This document shows, piece after piece, positions 24,820 through 35,150 of a stretch of 64,000 nt of DNA. Under the pieces are notes generated by a model. It searched no databases, was not told the DNA's origin, and saw only the letters and a list, made by a program, of their open reading frames with translations. Numbering within the stretch: the first letter of the stretch is position 1; each line of letters opens with the position of its first letter. Origin of the DNA: Malacoraja senta (lineage: Eukaryota); the NCBI GenBank assembly GCA_038087875.1, contig CM075989.1:8992001-9056000 (forward strand). The letters run 5' to 3'. The translations under genes and the position numbers were made by a program.

Positions 24820-25970
24820 CAGTATGCCAAGCAGCAACAAAGCAACATTGGCAATGACTGGTGGTTAGCATGGCTTTGTGTGTAGGAAATCTTGCCTCAC
24901 AGGTATAGTTGAGATGTTTTTGAGATGAAGAAGAAAAGTGATGAGGACAGCCTGGTACACATTGTCCACGTGGACTTAGCAAAGCCTTTGATAAGGTACG
25001 GCATGGTAGACTGGTCTGAAAGGTTGGATGACATGAGATCCAGGACAAGCTATCCAATTGGACACAACATTGGCTTGAAGGCAGAAGTCAGAGGACTGTG
25101 CCAGAAGATAGTTTTTTTCAGACTGAAGGCCTGTGGCAAGTGGCGTGCCACAAGGATTGGTGCTGGGCCCACTGTTGTCCCTTATTTATATTAACGATTT
25201 GGATGAGAATGTAGATGGCATAGTTTGCAAATTTGCAGCTGACACTGAAATTGGTGAAATAAGTGGACAGTATTTTGATGTTGATCAGGTAGGTAAATGG
25301 GCCGAGCAATGGCAGATGGAGTCAGACAAATTGCGTTTTGGTAATGCAGCCAGTACAAGACTTGCACAGTATATGGTAGGACATGAGGAAGTGTTGTAGA
25401 AGAGAGAGAGCTAGGGGCGTGGGTGCATTGCTCATTGAAAGTGGTGACCCAGGTAGACGGGGAGGTGTTTGGCATGCATGCCTTCATCAATCAGGATATT
25501 GAATACAGAACTGGGATGCTATGTTACGCTGTACAAGACATTGAACAGTATTGTGTACTGTTCTGGTCACCCTGCTCAAGGAGGGATGTCATTAAACTGA
25601 AGGAAAAAAAAACATACATGAGAATATTACTGGGACTGGAGGTTTTAAGTTATAAAGGGAGGCTGGATAGACTAGGACTTTTTTCACTGGAGCATAGAAG
25701 GTTAAGGGGTGACCTTATGGAGGAATGTAAAATCATCAGGGGCATAGATTAGGTGAACAGGTACTTTTGCCCCCAGCGAAGGGAGTCTAGAACAAGAGAG
25801 TATGAGTTTAAGGTGAGAGGGGAGCTAAAGTGGAGCAGGTGGGCAACGTTTACACAAGAGAGTCGTGCGTAAATAGAACAAGCAGCCAGAGGAATTGGTA
25901 GAGGCGGGTACAATTACAACATTAAAAAAAACCTTGGATTGGTACATGGATGGGAAAGGTTGAAAGGGAT
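24820..25970 (+). mobile_element. Old degenerate CR1 RT fragment
   Basis: SGVPQGLVLGPLLSLIYINDLDEN..CKFAADT and RLGLFSLEHRRLRGDL across frameshifts. Confidence 0.9.
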
Positions 25971-26030
25971 CTGTGGAATTCTCTGCAGGCAGTGGAGGCC
26001 AATTCTCTGGATGCTTTCATGAGAGAGTTA

Positions 26031-26173
26031 GGGGTGGGAGATTGCAACCATCACGTGGTCCGCCCTATTTCGACGAATGCAATCAACCCGGCGTGCACGA
26101 TCAAATAATATCAAATAGAACAAGTTGTCCTACAACTTTAGGCTGTGCACGCCATACGCAAGGAGAAGAAGAA
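26031..26173 (+). mobile_element. ~143-bp retroposon headed by a minimal HDV-like ribozyme (copy 2)
   Basis: GGGGTGG-GA-GATTGCA-ACC-ATCACGT-GGT-CCGCCCT-ATTTCGA-CGAA-TGCAATC (26031-84); TSD AGAGTTA (26024-30 and 26174-80); tail CCATACGCAAGGAGAAGAAGAA. Confidence 0.88.
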
Positions 26174-26194
26174 AGAGTTAGATAGAGTTCTTAA

Positions 26195-26496
26195 AGGGCC
26201 TGTCCCACGATGCGTGTTTACCCAAGAGCTCTCCCGAGTAAAAACAAAAAAAATCAAACTCGTGGTACCTCATCACGAGTATTTTTTTACTCTTGGAAAT
26301 TTTTCACACTGTTGAAAAAACTTCACGAGTTTCCGCGTTTCCCGAGTACCTGCCGTTAGCATTACGAGCCGCTACGAGACATCCACGAGCTCCGACGTAC
26401 CCGCTACGTACATTCTACGTACTTACCACGAGTTTGATTATTTTTTTTTTAACTCGGGAGAGCTCTTGGGTGAACTCGCATCGTGGGACAGGCCCT
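26195..26496. mobile_element. PIF/Harbinger MITE
   Basis: TIR AGGGCCTGTCCCACGATGCG; TAA TSD (26192-94 and 26497-99) whose removal restores the CR1 tail. Confidence 0.93.
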
Positions 26497-27227
26497 TAAG
26501 GATAGCGGAGTCGAGGGATATGGGGAGAAGGCAGAAACGGGGTACTGATTGTGGATGATCAGCCATGATCACAGTGAATGGCGGTGCTGGCTTGAAGGGC
26601 CGAATGGCCTACTCCTGCACCTATTGTCTATTGGGATATGGTCAGGTGCAGGTGAGTGGAAATAGCTCTGTTAGGTCATTTGGTCGGCATGGACTAGTTG
26701 GGCCGGAGGGCCAGCTGCCAAGCTATACAGATCTACGATTCTGTCACTATACCTATTAAGCTGTGACTGGAACTGTTTACACCAGCTTTGTCATTTTATA
26801 TTGGGCACGTGTTGCTTTCTCTCTGCTGGTCGGATTCACAATCCAGACAGAAACATTCCACAGCTGTGAGCAGTCCCTGGGGTCTTGAGAAATTGTTGCT
26901 GGGTAGATTCCAGGCTACTGTCTGCATTTATGGGCAGACGCAGAATGGAATGGCTTTGCCTTGCACTGATTACCTCACCGTGCCGATCAGGGAAGCTAAT
27001 GTGAGCAGGCAGTGGGAAGGGGCCAAGTGTGAGGCCATGAGGTGATCTGTCAACACATACCTTTCACTTTGCACTGAGATTAGAAACAATGCTTCCATTA
27101 CTGATCCTCCGTCCAACTTCTTAAAATATTGAAAGTAAAGCATTGAAAGATGGAGTCCTCTATTGCACTTAGGACTTTGGTTTTTTTTTTACACTAGTGT
27201 TCAGGTTATTTATTGACTCTTCCCATT

Positions 27228-27756
27228 TACATAGATACATAGATACATAGAAAATAGGTGCAGGAGTAGGCCATTCGGCCCTTCGAGCCTGCACCGCCAT
27301 TCAATATGATCATGGCTGATCATCCAACTCAGTATCCCGTACCTGCCTTCTCTCCATACCCCCTGATCCCTTTAGCCACAAGGGCCACATCTAACTCCCT
27401 CTTAAATATAGCCAATGAACTGGCCTCAACTACCCTCTGTGGCAGAGAGTTCCAGAGATTCACCACTCTCTGTGTGAAAAAGTTTTTCCTCATCTCGGTC
27501 TTAAAGGATTTCCCCCTTATCCTTAAGCTGTGACCCCTTGTCCTGGACTTCCCCAACATCGGGAACAATCTTCCTGCATCTAGCCTGTCCAACCCCATAA
27601 GAATTTTGTACGTTTCTATAAGATCCCCTCTCAATCCCCTAAATTCTAGCGAGTATAAGCCAAGTCTATCCAGTCTTTCTTCATATGAAAGTCCTGACAT
27701 CCCAGGAATCAGTCTGGTGAACCTTCTCTGCACTCCCTCTATGGCTATAATGTCCT
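27228..27756 (-). mobile_element. Young CR1 3' fragment with (CTATGTAT)n tail
   Basis: Uninterrupted EDIIAIEGVQRRFTRLIPGMSGLSYEERLDRLGLYSLE...KAGTGY; octamer tail. Confidence 0.95.
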
Positions 27757-28440
27757 CCGATCGCTCTGGGCCTCGCTCTGGTCCACGCCGACCGCAGCCT
27801 CGCTCGGGCCCGGCACCCGGTGGGGAGGCTTCTGCTCTATGACCTGGGTAGGTGCTGCCTCTACACCCTCCCCCTCCCTCTCTACCCCCTTCCCTGGGCA
27901 GAGAAAGAGCGAGAGGGAGGGAGGGGATGGAGAGGGGGGGATTAGAGGGGGAAGAGGGAGGAGAGGGGGCCCTCCATCTCTGCCCCCCCTCCCTCTCTGC
28001 CCCCCCCTCCCTCTCTGCCCCCCCCTCCCTCACTGCCCCCCCTCCCTCTCTGCCCCCCCTCCCTCTCTGCCCCCCCCTCTCTGCCCCCCCCCCTCCCTCT
28101 CTGTCCCCCCTTCCTCTATGCCCCCCCCCCTCTCTAGGGAGTGGTGAATATTGGGATCTATGGGTGAGAGGTGGATTATTGCGTTCGGGAACCAGCCCCC
28201 CCTGTGATCCCACCCACCCCTCAATCTCTACCCCCCTCCCTCTCCACACCCCCCCCCCCCCCGCTAGCCGCGCCTGCGCAGTTGGGGGTTATGCATGAGT
28301 GGATAGGGCGGGGGATGGGGTAAAAGGAGCGAATTAATATAATATCAGGGGGGGGTTAGTGTGTGTGACGCCGAAGGCCGCACACCCCCCCCGCAACCGC
28401 GAGTTGAGGGGATGGGACCCAACGGGTCCCCCTTGGTACA
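27757..28440 (+). mobile_element. Helitron-like GC-rich element with polypyrimidine repeats
   Basis: Shares CCTGCGCAGTT.GGGG.TATG and GTGG.TATTGCGTT motifs with 8804-9100; ends in a GGGACCC-AAC-GGGTCCC hairpin plus degenerate CTTGGTACAG. Confidence 0.5.
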
Positions 28441-28984
28441 GCAAACTATTAAAAAGCTTCAGAATTAATGTGCTTTTCTTCCAAATTTTTCTCCTTCGGA
28501 CATAAATAATCCCAGGCAAATCTGTTTTGTTCGCGTCTATTTGACCTGAGTAATATCTTGGCATCGAGGAACTAGCATTTTCCTTTAACCAAAAAAGATA
28601 TTTTCAGTAATTGACACAAACCTCGACATTCCTGGGTGAAGGTTGCTCTTCATTAATGTAAATAAGGCTAAACAAAATTGAAAAGGACGAAAGATTCAAA
28701 GACATACTTCGAGCAAGTAAAGTGAATCTCTTCATGAGCTAGCTGTTGCCAAAACACAGCGAGCAGGCCAATCAACAATCCACAATGATGAGTGTCGTCA
28801 TCAGGGAACAACTTTGTACGATGCCAATCTCTTATTTTTTTTTAAAAGACATTTTTTTAAAGTTCATTTTGTTTCTTCTTTCATTAAGATAATTGCAGAG
28901 ATACATTTCCCTGGATCTCCTGCAGATACATTAATGATGTTTAACAGGCTTTTAAATAGACACATGGATACACAGGGAATGCGG

Positions 28985-29275
28985 AGATAGAATCATAGCC
29001 ATACAGTACAGACACAGGTCCTTCGGCCCAACTTGTCCATGCTGACCCAAACGCCCTATTTAAGCTCGTCCTATTTGCATGCATTTGGCTCGTATCACTC
29101 CAGTTCCTATCCATGTACGTGTAAAAATGTTCATTAAATATTGTTATTGTCCCTGCATGACCTTTTCCTCTGGCAGCTCGTTCCATATACCCACCACCCT
29201 CCGTGTGAAAAAGTTGCCCCACATGTTCCTATTAAATCTTTCCCTTCACCTTAAACCTAGGCCGTCTTGTTCTTG
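28985..29275 (-). mobile_element. CR1 3' tail (older subfamily)
   Basis: Reverse complement of TTTAAGGTGAAGGG..TTTAATAGGAAC.TG.GGGGCAACTTTTTCACAC.GAGGGTGGTGGGTATATGGAACGAGCTGCCAGAGG; similar tails at ~35390, ~41270, ~48230-48650, ~54230-55270 and ~59170. Confidence 0.75.
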
Positions 29276-29366
29276 ACTTGGAGGGGAGTCTTCAAGCAAG
29301 AGCATCTTTGGGACATCCACATTGTCTTTCAGTTGCCAAGTGGCTGCTGCAGTCCCTGTGAATGAG

Positions 29367-30410
29367 GGTGGCTTACAGCGCCATAGACCCGGGTTCGACC
29401 CTGACTATGGATGCTGTCTGTACGGAGTTTGTACGTTCTCCTCTTGACTGCGTGGGTCTTCTCCGAGATCTTTGGTTTCCTCCCACCAAGAGCGGAACTC
29501 GCTATCAAAACATGGAGGGGACGGGGGACACAATTTTTTGGCGGCTGCGCGCGCATGCGCACACTCGCACACACACGCGCGAGGTAGTATCTTTGCTTCG
29601 GAGGCTCAATCCAGCGCTAAATGCAGCTCAACTCTGCCTGACTCACCGGGTTAACTACAGCCCTGTCTGGACTGACGGGATACCAGCGCTGCTTCTCCGC
29701 GCTGGCCATATTTCCCGCAAGCCCAGGCAGGCTATAGGCTCACCTGGCGGGACAGGCAGAGTTCACCTGGTTTAGCGCTGTTTCTCTGCGCTGGCTGTGG
29801 GCCTGGGGGGCACAGCGCCGGTTTGACTACCGACCAAAGATCCTATAGCGGAGGTTCTTTGCTGCCGACGGGGGGGGGCACTCGGGAGGGGACAGGACAG
29901 CGCCGGAGAGCCGGCCGGGATCGATCCTGCCTGCGGATGAAGCGCAGGTCTGTGCCATGTCTCCCTCCTCCAATCACCGCGCTCTATCCTCAGTCCCACC
30001 CTCCCTCCCTCATCCAATCATCGCGCTGAATTATCATGTCCCGCCCCCATTGCCTGCTGGCCGACGTCTCTCTCGTCCAATCATCGCGCCCTCGATCATC
30101 AGTCCCAACCCCATCAGTCCCAACCCCACAAAGCGGAGATTTTAAAATACGGATTACAAAAACTTGGGGGGGGATGTCCCCCACCTCTCAAAACATGGGG
30201 GGGACGTGTCCCCTCTGGCCCCCCCGGGTTTTCCGCCCCTGCCTCCCACACCCCAAAGTCGTGCAGGTTTGCAGGCTAATTGGCTTGATATAAATGTAAA
30301 TTGTCCCTAGTGTGTGTAGGATAGTGTTAATGTGCAGGGATCCATGGTCAGTGTGGGCCGAGGGGCCTGTTTCCGCTCCATGTTTCTAAACTAAACTAAA
30401 ACTAAACTAA
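29367..30410 (+). mobile_element. V-SINE split by a hAT insertion
   Basis: SINE head at 29367-29486 continues at 30250-30410 with a (CTAAA)n tail. Confidence 0.85.
29487..30241. mobile_element. hAT-superfamily non-autonomous transposon (755 bp)
   Basis: TIRs CA(A/G)G(A/G)GCGGAA ... TTCCGCCCCTG; 8-bp TSD CCTCCCAC (29479-86 and 30242-49); subterminal CAAAACATGG.GGGGAC repeats. Confidence 0.9.
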
Positions 30411-30839
30411 ATTGCTGGAGGGCTTCCTGGAGGTGGTTCCCAGCACTTGCCAAGAGACTCCGATAAGCATTGCTCTAATGACTGAAGATGTTATCAGGAA
30501 AATGGTATTCCTACAGTCAATAGATAAAGAACCACTGCACTGTAGAATCAATCAGCGTGAGAAATGTAACTTTGCATTGATGGCCCAGAGCGCTTAGCTT
30601 TCCTTACACTCTTAGAGTTAAACTAGGAATGCATTAGGCCAGATATTGTACTGGAGGTATACAGTCCACTGTTCTCTAGCATGGCAGGCTTTAGTAGTTA
30701 TGATCTGTCACCAAGCTTCTGGTTTAATCCAATGACCTCCACAAGGGTCTATGGTATCGATTGATTGAAAGGTGCAACATGGAAACGGACTCTTTGGCCA
30801 ACCATCGATCACATCCATTTGTCTTACTAAAAAATACCA

Positions 30840-31236
30840 GAATTGTTTAATTTCAAGTAACTCCTGGATTCCCTCCCCTCTCCTTCCCCCCTCCCCCCTC
30901 CCCACTCCATCCTCCTCCCCCCCCCCCAACCTCTTCACCACCCTAGTCATCCTACCAGTTCCACCGTTTGCATTCTTTTATCCCTTTTGTTATCACACCT
31001 TCCCCAGCCAACAATGGGCCATTATGGACTTCACCCTTCCTGAGGTCATCTGTTGCCAGCCCTAATTTGTTCTGGCCTTTCCTTGCCTCCAGTTTCCACC
31101 CACCCCCCAGTCCCCCCCCCCCAACACGCACCTCAGTCTTCCAGCCTGAAGAAGGGTTCCGACCCGAAACGTCACCTATTCCTCTTCTCCAGAGATGCTG
31201 CCTGACCCATTGAGTTCCTCCAGTAATTTGTGTCTA
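30840..31236 (+). mobile_element. Penelope pLTR with hammerhead-like core
   Basis: CTGAAGA-A-GGG TTCCGA CCC-GAAAC-GTC at 31146-31173. Confidence 0.8.
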
Positions 31237-32407
31237 TGAAGGATCACACTACTGTGCCCAATCAAAATAATGTTGAGAGTGAGTCAAGTTCCCCGCAGGA
31301 ATGGTTTGAAATCCTTTTGCTCGCCTTCTGAGGTTGGCATCAATCATTCTGAGGAACTGAAAATGCTGTGACCTTGCCAAGAATTTGGCTTCAAGATCTA
31401 GATAGCCTTAAGGTTTGTGGGAATCACTAAGTGAATTGTTTGCAGATGATGGTGTTGAGAAACGACAAGACTTCCCTCCAGTTCACTGCCATTCAGAGAC
31501 GGCATCTGGTGCCAACTTGAAAGTGAAGTCTGCATTGGATGGGCTGGAAGTTAAGTTGTCAGGTTAGAACGTTGTGGCTTGCCTGAGGTCTGCTCTTGTT
31601 TGCCAGAGTATGTGAGCAAGATTCCACCCGCAAAAACCCAACTGTTTATTCCAGACCCTACAAAGAATAAACTGAATAATGTTTTCCTAATTTGCCCTTT
31701 TCCAGTTTGTTTAAGGTCCTGAACAAGCCAATTCAGGACGTGGAGTTTTATGGTCACTGCAGACACTAGGATTTCAGCCTTTTTAAGACCCAGATCAGTG
31801 CCCACGGCAGATTAGTGTGGTTGAAATATGAGAAGGTGTGAACTGAATGTTGGGAGAGTTTGTTTGGGAAACATTCATCTCTGCGCTGAAAGGAATGAAA
31901 TATTATGGACAAGCTTTACCAGAATAGTTTCTACAATTGGTTTGGAGGAGTCTGCATTCTGTCCACCATCATACCAATGTCCTACAATTCTCCCAACGTG
32001 TCAGGCTTGGCTCAGTGGAAACAATCTCACTGCTGACTCTGCTCAAGCCTCACAATGTACCCTTGAATCCTACACACTGGGACCTCATGGCGGTCCAGCA
32101 GGAGAAATGGATGTGGAGAGGATGCTTCCACTGGTGGGAAAGTCTAGGACCATAGACCATAGCCTCAGAGTAAAATGTCGTACCTTTAGAAAGGGGATGA
32201 GGAGGAATTTCTTTAATTAGAGGGTGGTGAATCTGTGGAATTCATGGAACAGAAGGCTGCGGAGGCGAAGTCAATGGATATTTTTAAGGCAGAGGTTGAC
32301 ATATTCTTGATTAGTGCGGGTGTCAGGGGTTATGGGGAGAAGGCAGGAGAATGGGGTTGAGAGGGAAAGATAGATCAGCCATGATTGAATGGCAGAGTAG
32401 ACTTGAT

Positions 32408-32870
32408 ATCAGGTCAGGTCTGGGGAGAATTCCCCCCCGCCTCGGGTACCATGTAATAATCCCGTGTTACCTGCTCCATGGTCGGATGGTCGGCGACTAA
32501 ACGGTCTCCCCCACCTGGTTTGCCAGGTGAGGAGGGGGCTGTGGACCCCCCAGCTGGACCAAAAACAAGACCTGTCAAAGGGCGGATGAGCTTCTAGCGA
32601 GCCAACGGCCATCCACACTTCAGTCAAAGTTGCGATCACTGTCACACATAGCATTGTAAAACCCCTGTCGGAACTCGTGGACGCAACTTAGCGACTCTTG
32701 GCGCTAACGGCAGGTACGATGATAAAGATGACACACCAAAATCCTGTACTTCCAGTGGCGGAAGTCCACAGGAATTGGAGGACAGAGATGTGTGGTGCGT
32801 CCGTCACTGTTCCTGTCGGAAGCCAACACCACTGTGTCGCTAATGTTTTCAATGGTGATGAATGAATGAA
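32408..32870 (+). mobile_element. RTE-like non-autonomous retroposon (copy 1 of 3) inside a CR1 tail
   Basis: 12-bp TSD AGTAGACTTGAT (32396-407 and 32871-82); (TGAA)n tail; ELEDRDVW-like ORF end; RTE assignment inferred. Confidence 0.8.
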
Positions 32871-33749
32871 AGTAGACTTGATGGGCCGAATGGTCTAATT
32901 CTGCTTCTATAACTTGAAGTCCCTGGTCCCACCACTAGGATGGGAGGTAAATTTGAGATTCTGTCTCCTCATAAGAAGATCTCACAGGACCATTGAAGGA
33001 GGTTCAGGGGAGACCTCCCAGCTTGGTATCTCTTACCAAAGGCCTTTGTTTTTGTGTGTCACAGTTCCAGTGACCCGGGTTCGATCCTGACCTCGGGTGC
33101 TGTCTGTGTCGAGTTTGCACATCGTTTGGGTGATCATGTAGGTTTGGATTCCAAAGACATGTAGGTTTGTAGGTTAATTGGCCTCTGTTAATTGTCCCTG
33201 GTGTGTAAGGAGTGGGTGAGAGAGTGGGATAACATAGAACTAGTGTGAACTGGTGATCAATGGTCAGCATGGACTCAGTGGGCCGAAGGGACTGTTTCCA
33301 TGCTGTATCGATCAATCAATCAAAACCAGACTACTTCTGAAACTATACTTCAAAAGTAGTTAAATGTTCAAAAAGGCTTTGGCTGTAGTTAGGTCAGAAA
33401 ATCTTATTTCTAACCTGTTTCCGTCTTGGCAGCAGGAGATGGTGCCACCACTCTTAAAATGCCAGTGAAACCTCAGCCTGAAACCTTGGCAGCAGTCAGC
33501 AAATTAAAAATAACATGTTCCATCTTCCAGAAATTGAACCTCCGCTGAACATCTGCAGACTCTTTGGAGTATGGTCACACATTGTTTGTCTTTCCATGGA
33601 TACAGAGGCCGAGGTAACTGTTCTAGGGGGCCTGAGTTGAAATTCCGACAGGGCAGCGTTGGCATTTGATTCATCCCAGGCCGTTCCCAAGGTTATGACC
33701 GCCTGACTTATGGCCACCCCTACATATGAACGAGCTTCCATCGCGTAAG

Positions 33750-33789
33750 CGTTGAGGGGATGACACCCAACATGTCCCCCTTGGTCTAG
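33750..33789 (+). mobile_element. Helitron-like 3' terminus remnant
   Basis: GTTGAGGGGATG..ACCCAAC..GTCCCCCTTGGTCTAG followed by T. Confidence 0.5.
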
Positions 33790-34744
33790 TTAAGTTTTAA
33801 AGTCTGTAGTGTGTACAAATGATCATCCCTACGAGCGGAAGAACACACTCTACTTTTAATGATTGTTCTTTCATATCATTCCTTAGCCTTTTAGATTTTA
33901 GACTTCAGAGACACAACAAAGAAACAGGCCCTTCGGCCCACTGAGTCAGGGCAGACTAGCAATTCCCCCCCGTACTTTAGCACTATCCTGCACACTCTGT
34001 CCAATTTACAATTTTACCGAAGCCAATTAACATGCAAACCTGTATGTCTTTGGAGTGTGGGAGGAAACCGGAGCACCCGGACAAAAGCCGGCCGCAGGGA
34101 GAACATGCAATCTCCATATGGACAGCACCAGTAGTCAGGATTGAACCAGTGTTTCTGGCACTGTAAGCTGTGCCACCGTGCTGCTATAACACCAATATAA
34201 CATTCATTGTAATATTGTGGATGGATGGGTTGCATATTTGATTATTTTGTTTTGTGCATTTTCCGATCCACAGACATAATTGTCTTATAGATGTCTAAAA
34301 ACCCAACCTGTCCCTTACCTGGGGAAGGGTCTGAAGAGAAAATCTGGATGAAAACCCTTGGTTATCATGAAGCCACTAGGTTGTGATAAATCTTCACATG
34401 GTGGACGTTTGTAGAGGGAATCCTACCAACCCCTGTCAGTCAGGGCGACAAGTGACTCCAGACTCGTAACCTTGCAGGGACTCTTAACTATCTTCTGCAA
34501 TGGGCCAAAAAAGCTGCTCAGTTTTGTCAACTCAGTTCAATTCAATTCAGTCCAGTCCAATTCAGTGGAGGCCGGTTCTCTGGATACTTTCAAGAGAGAG
34601 CTAGATAGGGCCCTTAAAGGTAGCGGAGTCAGGGGATATGGGGAGAAGGCAGGAACTGGGTACTAATTGGGGATGATCAGCCATGATCACATTGAATGGC
34701 GGTGCTGGCTTGAAGGGCCGAATGGCCTACTCCTGCACCTATTG

Positions 34745-35150
34745 TACCGAGGTACAGCAAAAGCTTTTGTTGCGTGCTAACCAGTCAGCGGAAAGACAAT
34801 ACATGATTACAATCGAGCCATTCACAGTGTACAGATACATGATGAGGGAATAACATTTAGTGTAAGGTAAAGCCAGTAAAGTCCAATCAAGGATAGTCCA
34901 ATAGTAGTTCAGCGCTGCTCTCTGGTTGCGGTTGGATGGTTCAGTTGCCTGATAACAGCTGGGAAGAAACTGTCCCTGAATCTGGAGGTGTGCGTTTTCA
35001 CACTTCTATACCTTTTGCCCGATGGGAGAGGGGAGAAGAGGGAGTGGCCAGGGTGTGACTGGTCCTTGATTATGCTGCAGGCCTTGTCGAGGCAGCGTGA
35101 GGTATAAATGGAGTCAATGGAAGGGGGGTTGGGTTGTGTGATGGTCTGAG
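34745..35150 (-). mobile_element. Rex1/Babar LINE 3' fragment
   Basis: SIIKDQSHPGHSLFSPLPSGKRYRSVKTHTSRFRDSFFPAVIRQLN. Confidence 0.88.

Larger units (their letters stand above)
25972..26632 (+). mobile_element. CR1 3' tail split by two insertions
   Basis: CTGTGGAATTCTCTG..GAGAGAGTTA|GATAGAG.TCTTAA|GGATAGCGGAGTC..GGGCCGAATGGCCTACTCCTGCACCTATTG. Confidence 0.85.

Noticed and set aside
27329..28249. 306-aa ORF as a novel fusion protein
   Set aside because: Chance in-frame join of a G-rich low-complexity tract with a CR1 ORF2 C-terminus
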